From: Candidatus Latescibacterota bacterium | GTDB taxonomy: Bacteria; Latescibacterota; UBA2968; UBA8231 | DNA: 64,000 nt | Reading direction: 5' to 3' | Assembly: GCA_965206595.1 (NCBI GenBank) | Contig: OZ242214.1 | Span: 2,304,001 to 2,368,000, forward strand | Shown here: positions 56,708 to 64,000 of the stretch, piece by piece | How positions within the stretch are numbered: position 1 is the stretch's first letter | How the letters are laid out: each line of letters opens with the position of its first letter | Notes under the pieces: generated by a model | The model's input: only the letters and a program-made list of their open reading frames with translations | What the model was told of the DNA's origin: nothing | Database searches by the model: none | Translations under genes and position numbers: made by a program

Positions 56708-56842
56708 TTGAGCGGCAAAGAGAGATGGATCATGGCGGCCTTCGTCGGCGTCGGCGCCTTCTACCTGTTCGAATGGAATGCCCTGTACCTGTACGCGGTG
56801 GCGGCCCTGATCTACGCCTTCACGCGCTCCAGGGGACGCTGA
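56708..56842 (+). CDS. Small membrane protein (44 aa)
   Basis: AAGGAGG RBS, TTG start; MSGKERWIMAAFVGVGAFYLFEWNALYLYAVAALIYAFTRSRGR, GC3-rich. Confidence 0.65.
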   Translation: MSGKERWIMAAFVGVGAFYLFEWNALYLYAVAALIYAFTRSRGR

Positions 56843-57024
56843 TTCCCGGGGGCGGTTGCGGCTGAACCTGGCCCCTTCGCATGGATGAGGAATCGGTTGG
56901 GTTCAGCCGCTTCCTCCCGCGGTTTTAACCTCGAACCTGTCCCGGACCCTGGTTTCGCACCCGGACCTCGAGCGGAGGGCTTTCAGCTGCCCTCGCCGCC
57001 TTTCTCCATCTTTCCCCCACTTCG

Positions 57025-57795
57025 CTACTGGTACGACTCGGACCGGTCCCCGCCGTTGACGTTGAAGTTCTGGCCGGTCACGTAGCTCGCCCCGTCCGAA
57101 CAGAGAAACAGAACCACCTCGGCGACCTCGTCGGCGCTGCCTGCCCGGCCCAGCGGAATCGAGCGCAGGAACTGCTCCCTCACCTCGGGGTCCCGCCTCG
57201 CCAGGGCGCCCCGCCCCATGCCGGCGTCGATCATGCCGGGCGAGATCGAGTTGACGCGGATGCCGTTTAGAGCCTCCTCCTTGGAGAGCACCTTCGTCAG
57301 GGCGACGAGGCCGGCCTTCGAGGTGCCGTAGGCGGCGCTTCCCCCGGGGAGAGTGTTGATGACGTTGGAGGAGATGTTGACGATGCAGCCCCCGCCCCGG
57401 GTCCGCATTTCCAGAATTCCCGCGCGGCACATGTAGAAGGCGCTATTGAGGTTGGCATCCATAGTCTGATGCCATTGATCAAGTGAGATGTCGACCGCTT
57501 TCTCGCCGCCGACGGCGAGCCCGGCGTTGTTGACGAGAATCTGCATTCCCCCCATGGCTGCACCCGCCTCCTCCACGAGGCGGGTGCAGGCGTCCGGATC
57601 GACCAGGTCGGCCTGAAACAGCCCCGCTTCGCTACCGGCCGCGGTCAGGCTCCCGGCGAGCTGTCTCGCCGGCTCCTCCCGGGTGTTGTAATGGACCGCT
57701 ATCCCGGCTCCGGCGCGGGCGAGTACGCGGCAGATCGAGCTGCCGATGCCGCCGGAGGCCCCGGTGACGAGGGCGGTCTTTCCATCGAGTCTCAT
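57025..57795 (-). CDS. Short-chain dehydrogenase/reductase (FabG-like)
   Basis: TGASGGIG, NNAG, YGTSK, VNSISPG. Confidence 0.93.
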   Translation of the reverse strand: MRLDGKTALVTGASGGIGSSICRVLARAGAGIAVHYNTREEPARQLAGSLTAAGSEAGLFQADLVDPDACTRLVEEAGAAMGGMQILVNNAGLAVGGEKAVDISLDQWHQTMDANLNSAFYMCRAGILEMRTRGGGCIVNISSNVINTLPGGSAAYGTSKAGLVALTKVLSKEEALNGIRVNSISPGMIDAGMGRGALARRDPEVREQFLRSIPLGRAGSADEVAEVVLFLCSDGASYVTGQNFNVNGGDRSESYQ

Positions 57796-57884
57796 GCGAT
57801 TACCGGCTCCTTCCGATAGCGCGGTGGCTGTCCGGTGGCGAAGCGCCGCGGGGGGGAATGCGGAATAGGAAGTCGATCTGCCGG

Positions 57885-57969
57885 GCGGCAGGTCGCGCTG
57901 CCGATGCCTCCCGACGCCCCGGTGACGGGGGCGGTTTTTTCATCGAGCCCCATGCGGTTGCCTTCCGAT
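57885..57969 (-). repeat. Diverged copy of the 5' end and RBS of the SDR gene
   Basis: Encodes MGLDEKTAPVTGASGGIGSATCR versus MRLDGKTALVTGASGGIGSSICR; upstream ATCGGAAGG also repeated. Confidence 0.8.
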
Positions 57970-58047
57970 GCGGTTGTTCGTGTCTTGTGGTGAACTTCCG
58001 CAGGGGAGGACGCCGAATCAAACTCCCCCCTGCCGGGAAGCGACCGC

Positions 58048-59244
58048 ATGAAAACCGCCGCCGTTCTCCTTGTCCGGAGCGCCATCGCCGCGCTCGGCAT
58101 CCTGCTGCTGGTCCTGCTGATACCGGCCGCCCGCGACGCCTGCTGGGGACTGCTCTTCCTCGGCGACTTCGTCGCCGGCGAGCGGACGACCCTTTTCGAC
58201 CTTCTCACCCCTGAACCGAAGGTCAGCAGCAGCGAGTTGGCCGCAGGAGGCGACCTGCGCATCCCCTTCGATTTCTACGGCCCGCGGCCGGCCGCGGAGC
58301 TGGTCGCCGACGGCGAGCGCCTGCCGGGGTTCCTGTTTACCCAGGGCCTCGTCCACGAGGGGTACCGCGACCCCAGGGTGATCGCCATGGCCCGTCGGCT
58401 GGCCCGCGCCGGGTTCGCGGTGATGGTCCCCGACCTGCTGCAGATGAAGCACTACCGGCTGGGGTTCGAGGACATCGATGCGGTCGCCGCCTGCCTGGAT
58501 TTCCTGCTCGAATCCACCCTCGTCGACGGCGATCGGGTCGGCGTGATCGCCCCGAGCTTCAGCGCCGGTCCGATGCTGATGGCCCTTGGCCGGCCGAATC
58601 TGCGCGACAAGGTCCGCTTCGGCCTGATCTTCGGGAGCTACTACGACATGCGGCGCACCCTGCGCTTCGTCCTGACCGGCTCCTACGATGCCCCGGGACT
58701 TCCCGCGGTGCGCGCCGCCCCGGGCAGCCGGCGCAATCGCTGGCGGCTCCTGCGCGGCAACCTCGACCTCGTGCCCGGCTCCCCGAGCCGCGCCGACTTC
58801 GCCGCCTTCGTTGCCGCGCGGGCGCGCTCCCCCTCGCACGACGACCCGGAGCTGCGCGCCACCTTCTCGGCGGAAGAACGCCTCATGCTCGAGTTCACCG
58901 CCAACACCGACCCGGCCCGCTTCGACTCGCTGTTCCCGCGGTTGCCGCGGGCTTTCCGCAGCTGGATCGACACCTTCTCCCTGCACCATCACACCGCCGG
59001 AGTAAGGACGAAGCTGCTGATCGCCCACAGCAGCGCCGACAAGGTCATCCCCTACCCGGAAAGCCTGGCGCTGGCCGCGGACCTGCCGAACGCGCCCCCG
59101 CCCGACGTATCGATCCTCGATCTCTTCACCCACGTCGACCTGAAGATCGACAGGACGTCCCTGCACACCCTCGTTGTCGACGTCATTCCGGGTCTGTTCG
59201 AGATCTGGGGCATCGGGCGCGCACTCATGAGCCAGCGCAGGTAG
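58048..59244 (+). CDS. Membrane-anchored alpha/beta-hydrolase-fold protein
   Basis: N-terminal TM helix; LARAGFAVMVPD, RVGVIAPSFSAG elbow, IAHSSADKVIP, terminal His. Confidence 0.7.
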   Translation: MKTAAVLLVRSAIAALGILLLVLLIPAARDACWGLLFLGDFVAGERTTLFDLLTPEPKVSSSELAAGGDLRIPFDFYGPRPAAELVADGERLPGFLFTQGLVHEGYRDPRVIAMARRLARAGFAVMVPDLLQMKHYRLGFEDIDAVAACLDFLLESTLVDGDRVGVIAPSFSAGPMLMALGRPNLRDKVRFGLIFGSYYDMRRTLRFVLTGSYDAPGLPAVRAAPGSRRNRWRLLRGNLDLVPGSPSRADFAAFVAARARSPSHDDPELRATFSAEERLMLEFTANTDPARFDSLFPRLPRAFRSWIDTFSLHHHTAGVRTKLLIAHSSADKVIPYPESLALAADLPNAPPPDVSILDLFTHVDLKIDRTSLHTLVVDVIPGLFEIWGIGRALMSQRR

Positions 59245-59255
59245 GAGATTCGGAT

Positions 59256-60536
59256 ATGGTTATGCGACAAAGAGATAGACGAAGTGATCGGACCGAACCA
59301 GGGATTCCGGGAGCGCGCGCTACAGATCGGGGACCGGCCCGTTGCGGCAGGCCGGACAAGGCCAATCATCCGGATCCGTCCAGGTTCCCCCACTGTTCCC
59401 GGACCGGCCGCGCCCTGCTCCCCGGGCTCTTCTGCGCGCTCGCTGCGGTGCTGCTGCGGCCGGCCCCGGGCGGGGCCTCGGCCGTCCACGAAAGCACGGG
59501 CTGGCGGCCGACCGCGGTGCCGCTGTGGAACTACAGCACCGACGACGGGACCGGGTACGGGCTGCGCGCCAATCTCTACGAGTACGACGGCCGCACCGTT
59601 CCCTACCGCCGCAAGTACTCGGCGCAGCTTTTCTTCACGAGCAAGGGGAAGTGGGTGCACCGGCTGCTGATGGACACCCCGAGATTCCGCGGCGGCGGCG
59701 ACCGCCTCGAGCTGGAGTTCGTGTTCGAGAAGGAGGAGTTCGCCAACTACTACGGCGGCCTTTCGAGGGCGGAGACCCGCGGCCTGGGCGGCGACCAGAA
59801 AACCTTCTCCCAGGCCTTCCCCGAGCTCAAGCTGAGGTGGATCCGGAAACTGGGGTCGCCGCGCGAGTCCACCCCGTGGAGGCTGCGGCTCGGAAGCCGC
59901 CTGACCTGGTACCGGATCACCCCGAACGCCGGCGCCGGCAACATCCTGCATGAGCAGAACCCGCTCGGCGCCGACGGCGGCCCCCTCGCCCAGATCGACG
60001 CCTCGCTGCGCTACGACACCCGGGACAACTACAACGACAGCTCCGCCGGCCTGCTCGAGGAGTTCCTCGTCGAGTACACCATCGGCGCCGGGGGGGACTA
60101 CAACGGCCTCAGGGCCCACCTCGAGCACCGCCACTTCGCCTCCCCCGTTTCCGGCATCGTCGCCGCTCACCGGCTCGCCTGCGACTGGACCGCCGGGGAC
60201 CTGCCGTTCTTCGAGGAGCTCGAGCTGGGGGGCAGCAACACGGTCCGCGGCCTCCCCCAAGCCCGCGACCGCGGCGGCGCGCGGGTGCTCCTCAACGGGG
60301 AGCTGCGCTGGCGCGGCCTGCGCCTGTCCGCGGCGGAGAACATCTACCTCGGGGCGCTGCTGTTCGCCGACGCCGGCCAGATCTTCGGCCGCGGCGAGCT
60401 GCCTGCCCGCGACCAGTGGCGCCGCGGGGCCGGCCTGGGGCTGCGCTTCCACTGGCAGAGCACGATCATCCGCGCCGACTACGGCTCCTCGGGAGGCGGC
60501 ACCGGCACCTACATCACCTTCTCGCAGGTCTTCTGA
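59256..60536 (+). CDS. Omp85/BamA-TamA family beta-barrel (start uncertain)
   Basis: YDTRDN, LGGSNTVRG, ELRW, LFADAG, GAGLGLR, IRADYG, terminal F. Confidence 0.82.
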   Translation: MVMRQRDRRSDRTEPGIPGARATDRGPARCGRPDKANHPDPSRFPHCSRTGRALLPGLFCALAAVLLRPAPGGASAVHESTGWRPTAVPLWNYSTDDGTGYGLRANLYEYDGRTVPYRRKYSAQLFFTSKGKWVHRLLMDTPRFRGGGDRLELEFVFEKEEFANYYGGLSRAETRGLGGDQKTFSQAFPELKLRWIRKLGSPRESTPWRLRLGSRLTWYRITPNAGAGNILHEQNPLGADGGPLAQIDASLRYDTRDNYNDSSAGLLEEFLVEYTIGAGGDYNGLRAHLEHRHFASPVSGIVAAHRLACDWTAGDLPFFEELELGGSNTVRGLPQARDRGGARVLLNGELRWRGLRLSAAENIYLGALLFADAGQIFGRGELPARDQWRRGAGLGLRFHWQSTIIRADYGSSGGGTGTYITFSQVF

Positions 60537-60537
60537 C

Positions 60538-61845
60538 ATGAGCGCAGCCGCAGCCAGCGAGCGCGAGTACCGCAGGCAGGTCAACGCCTGGTGCCTCTAC
60601 GACTGGGGCAACTCCGCCTTCGCCACCACCATCATGGCCGGGGTCTTCCCCCTCTTCTACCGGTCGATGGCGACCAGCGCCGGCCTCGGCGAGGCGGACG
60701 CCACCGCGGCCTGGGCGTACACCACCTCCATAGCCCTGCTCATAGTCGCCGTCATCGGGCCTCCCCTCGGGTCGTTCTGCGACCAGGTCGAAAGCAAGAA
60801 GCGCTTCCTCGCCTTCTTCGCCGGCCTCGGGGTCTGCGCCTCCGCCCTCTTCGTCTTCCTCGGCGACGACAGCTACCTGACCGGGTCCCTCCTCTTCATC
60901 GCCGGCAACATCGGTTTCGCCGCCGGCAACATCTTCTACGAGTCGCTGCTGCCGCACGTGGCGCGCCCCGGGGACCTCGACCGCGTCTCGACCCGCGGCT
61001 ACGCCATGGGGTACGTCGGCGGCGGCATCCTGCTGATCTTCAACCTGCTCTGGGTCATGCACCCCGGCTGGTTCCTGCTTCCCGGAACCGGGTTCGCGCT
61101 GCGCCTGACCTTCTTCAGCGTCGCCGTCTGGTGGGCGGTCTTCACCGTTCCCCTGATGCGCCGCGTCGAGGAGCCGCGGCGGCCCCGGACCGAGGCAAGG
61201 CAAGGGAACGTGGTGGGGGCCGCGTTAGCGCGCTTGGCGAGCACCTTCCGCCAGGTGCGCCGCCACCGCCAGCTGCTGCTGTTTCTCGCCGCCTTCTGGC
61301 TCTACAACGACGGCATCGGCACCATCATCAAGATGGCGATCGCCTACGGGGACGAGGTCGGCATCGGCCGCAACGAGCTGATTTCGGCCCTGGTCCTGAC
61401 GCAGTTGATCGGCATCCCCTGCACCTTCCTGTTCGGCAGGCTGGCGCGGGTCCTGGGGAGCAAGCGCTCGATCCTCGCCGGTCTGGGGGTGTACGGGCTG
61501 ATCTCGGTGGCGGGCTATTTCATGCAGACCGCCCTCCACTTCTACATCCTGGCGGGGCTGGTCGGCATGGTTCAGGGAGGCACGCAGGCGCTGAGCCGCT
61601 CACTCTACGCCTCCATGATACCGCGGGCGAGGTCGGCGGAATTCTTCGGCTTCTACAGCACCAGCTCCCGTTTCGCCGGCATCTTCGGCCCGCTGGTTTT
61701 CGGGGTGGTCAGCCAGTTGACCGGCGGCAGCCGTCTCGGCATCGTTTCGCTCGTCTTCTTCTTCGTCGTCGGCGGGGCCCTGCTGCTTTTCGTCGACGAG
61801 CGGGAAGGGGCTCGCGCCGCCCGGCAGGAAGAAGGGCCGGCCTGA
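60538..61845 (+). CDS. MFS transporter (UMF1/Atg22-like)
   Basis: WCLYDWGNSAF, FYESLLP, GYAMGYVGG, LYNDG, QALSRS, EFFGFY. Confidence 0.9.
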   Translation: MSAAAASEREYRRQVNAWCLYDWGNSAFATTIMAGVFPLFYRSMATSAGLGEADATAAWAYTTSIALLIVAVIGPPLGSFCDQVESKKRFLAFFAGLGVCASALFVFLGDDSYLTGSLLFIAGNIGFAAGNIFYESLLPHVARPGDLDRVSTRGYAMGYVGGGILLIFNLLWVMHPGWFLLPGTGFALRLTFFSVAVWWAVFTVPLMRRVEEPRRPRTEARQGNVVGAALARLASTFRQVRRHRQLLLFLAAFWLYNDGIGTIIKMAIAYGDEVGIGRNELISALVLTQLIGIPCTFLFGRLARVLGSKRSILAGLGVYGLISVAGYFMQTALHFYILAGLVGMVQGGTQALSRSLYASMIPRARSAEFFGFYSTSSRFAGIFGPLVFGVVSQLTGGSRLGIVSLVFFFVVGGALLLFVDEREGARAARQEEGPA

Positions 61846-62026
61846 GAGAACGGCCGGGTCCGTTAGCCGGGAGGACCTGGCGGTTCGGAGGCGCGCACCC
61901 GGGATGGGCTCGCAGCAGGCCCGGAGCCCCGGCGCAAGGGGCCGGCGCGCCGCGCCTCGCCTGCGTCCGCCCGATCACCCCTAGCCCCCAGGGCCGCGCA
62001 GTACGCCCAGCGGACATCGGAGGAAA

Positions 62027-62200
62027 GAGTCTCTCATGCACTAGGTCGGCAGCGACAGGCAACTTCGGGAATCAGGCCGTGGTGCCAGAGCGCGGTTTCC
62101 AGGCTGATATGCGACGGGGAATGAAACCATTCCCCGTTGGCAGCCTGAAGCTCTTGTTCCGGAGTTCAGATCAGAATGACGGTTCGGCCTGGAGAGGCTC
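62027..62200 (+). ncRNA. Putative rod-like structured RNA or palindromic element
   Basis: Six nested helices in an intergenic region; G-U wobbles favour the + strand. Confidence 0.4.
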
Positions 62201-62253
62201 GGGTGTCCACCCAGCCTTGGGGACAAACGCGTTTTCAGCCGGAAGACGGCTTC

Positions 62254-63597
62254 TCAGGAGACCGCTTCCAGGGCCTTCACCAGGGCGCCTTCCGTCAGAT
62301 CGACCAGCTCGTCGATCTCGCCGCGGCTGCAGGTCAACGCCGGGCCGACCGCGAACCAGGTGGGGTCGACCCGCAGGATGACGCCGCTGTCGAGCGCCGT
62401 TTTCTTCAGCGCCCGTCCGAGCTCGGGAAACGGTTCCATGCCCGCCGTGTCCCTGACCAGCTCGACTCCGCGAAAGAGGCCGCGGCCGCGCACCTCCCTC
62501 ACGATCCCGTACTTCCCCAACCCCTCCAACCTGGCAGCGAGGTAGTCGCCGACCTCGCGGGCGTTGCGGTCCCAGCTCCGGGCGACGATCTCGTCGATGA
62601 CGGCGATCCCGGCGGCGCATCCCAGCGGGTGCCCTGCGTAGGTGTGGCCGTGGGCGAAGTTCGACCCCTCCCCGGCGTCGAAGGCCTCTCCCATCCCTTC
62701 GCGGGCCATCATCGCCCCGAGCGGGATCGTCCCTCCGGACAGGCCCTTGCCGCCGCAGATGATGTCGGGGGTCACCCCGAAGGTCTGGGCCGCGAACATC
62801 GAGCCGGTGCGCCCGAAGCCGGTGATGATCTCGTCGAAGATCAGCAGCACCTCGTGGCGGTCGCAGATGTCGCGAACGATGCGGAAGTACTCGTCTGTCG
62901 GGGTGATGATGCCGCCGGTGTTGGTGATCGGCTCCATGATTATTCCCGCCACCGTGGCCGGGTCCTCGGCGACGATGACGTCCTCGAACAGGCGCGCGCT
63001 GAAGCGGTTGCACTCCTCCCAGTCGCAGAAGCGGTCGCGGAAGTGGGTCGGCGGGAAGACCTTGAGAAAACCGGCCGGCTCGGGATCGAAGGGGGTCTTG
63101 CGCGCCCCGGTGCCGCTGGCCGCCATCGCGCCGGTGGTGCCGCCGTGGTAGCCCTGGTAGCGGCTGATGAACTTGTACTTTCCGGGGCGCCCGGTCTGCT
63201 TGAAGTACTGCCGCGTGAACTTGATCGCCGCCTCGATCGACTCGGAGCCGCCGCTGAAGGATTTGACGAAGTTGAGGTCGCCGGGGGTGACGCTGCCGAC
63301 CTTTTCGACGAAGTCGAGGGTCACGTCGGAGGTGCCGTGCATCGGCGGGGCGAAGCAGAGGCGGTCCATCTGCCGGCGGATCGCCCCGTGCACCGCGGGA
63401 TGACCGTGCCCGAGCAGCACCGAGTAGACGCCGCTGATGCCGTCGAAATAGCGCCTGCCGTCGACGTCCCAGTAGTAGCAGCCCTCGGCGCGCTCGACGA
63501 TCAGCGGGTTCTTCAGGAAGTCGGCAGTCGCCTGGTAGTCGAGGAAGGTGTTGGCGAGGAGCTTCCTGTGGCGCTCGCTGACCTTCTTCATTCCCAT
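62254..63597 (-). CDS. Class III PLP-dependent aminotransferase
   Basis: GGSESIE, YHG, IMEP, LIFDEIITGFGRTG, PDII..GKG, HGHTYAGHP. Confidence 0.93.
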   Translation of the reverse strand: MGMKKVSERHRKLLANTFLDYQATADFLKNPLIVERAEGCYYWDVDGRRYFDGISGVYSVLLGHGHPAVHGAIRRQMDRLCFAPPMHGTSDVTLDFVEKVGSVTPGDLNFVKSFSGGSESIEAAIKFTRQYFKQTGRPGKYKFISRYQGYHGGTTGAMAASGTGARKTPFDPEPAGFLKVFPPTHFRDRFCDWEECNRFSARLFEDVIVAEDPATVAGIIMEPITNTGGIITPTDEYFRIVRDICDRHEVLLIFDEIITGFGRTGSMFAAQTFGVTPDIICGGKGLSGGTIPLGAMMAREGMGEAFDAGEGSNFAHGHTYAGHPLGCAAGIAVIDEIVARSWDRNAREVGDYLAARLEGLGKYGIVREVRGRGLFRGVELVRDTAGMEPFPELGRALKKTALDSGVILRVDPTWFAVGPALTCSRGEIDELVDLTEGALVKALEAVS

Positions 63598-63601
63598 CGC
63601 C

Positions 63602-64000
63602 TCACTCCCCGTTTTCGCTGCAGAAGTTCACTGCGGTAAGGGCGTACACCCGGGCCAGGCGCTCCAGCTCGGCGACCGGCACCTGCTCGTTCAGGGTGTG
63701 CGCCCCGGTGGCCGCGGGCCCGTGGGTGAGGGCGGGGATGCCCCCTTTGGAAACGAAGGTGTTGCCGTCGTCGACGAACGGCTTGGCCCCCACCGGCAGC
63801 TCGGCGCCGGTGACGTCGCGGTGGGCTTGTTGAAACGCGGTCACCAGCGGGTTGTCGAGGTCGATCTCGAAAGCGTCGCCGGGAAACACCTCCTGCGACC
63901 GGATCGCGGCCCCGCTGTCCTGGGCGACATCGTCCAGAAGCTGCTGATACTCGTCGCGGGCCCTGTCGGCGTGTCCCGGGGTAACCCAGCGCCGCGTCCC
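63602..64000 (-). CDS. M20 metallopeptidase/deacylase C-terminus (5' end outside window)
   Basis: DGNTF...GIPALTHGP...AHTLNE.V. Confidence 0.8.
   Translation of the reverse strand, partial: GTRRWVTPGHADRARDEYQQLLDDVAQDSGAAIRSQEVFPGDAFEIDLDNPLVTAFQQAHRDVTGAELPVGAKPFVDDGNTFVSKGGIPALTHGPAATGAHTLNEQVPVAELERLARVYALTAVNFCSENGE

Noticed and set aside
62036-62090. Functional SAM riboswitch
   Set aside because: Core-like GGCAAC...GGTGCC is present, but P1 is poor and no downstream + strand gene exists; kept only as an alternative within the structured-RNA finding
1-64000. CRISPR array, cas genes, tRNA, rRNA, reverse transcriptase
   Set aside because: No regularly spaced repeats, cloverleafs, rRNA signatures or RT motifs seen by eye

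Overview
GC-rich bacterial DNA, probably from an uncultured Latescibacterota/Poribacteria-like organism. That taxonomic guess is an inference from a 'TAVEGSTWGRIK' C-terminal motif and the many sugar, oxidoreductase and ankyrin genes. The window alternates catabolic gene clusters with a defence-rich accessory zone. The left end carries an MntA/HepT toxin-antitoxin pair, a Fic protein and a 1.7-kaa exonuclease-RecQ-UvrD fusion. A 15-kb island (16.3-31.0 kb) holds a NucS-like nuclease, a coupled Schlafen/AlbA-HATPase + ParA pair, and a tightly coupled five-gene operon: m6A methyltransferase, HTH-ImmA peptidase, DUF4411/PIN, PLD-SNF2 helicase and SWIM protein. This operon is the best candidate for an undescribed system. 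Other notable elements are an ABC-F gene behind a promoter/uORF/terminator attenuator, two IS elements with recognisable inverted repeats inside a patch of gene fragments (41.6-46.6 kb), and a ~175-nt rod-like structured element at 62.0-62.2 kb. Many genes carry small indels, which may be read/assembly errors or real decay. No rRNA, tRNA or CRISPR array was seen. All family calls come from motif recognition by eye, not database searches.
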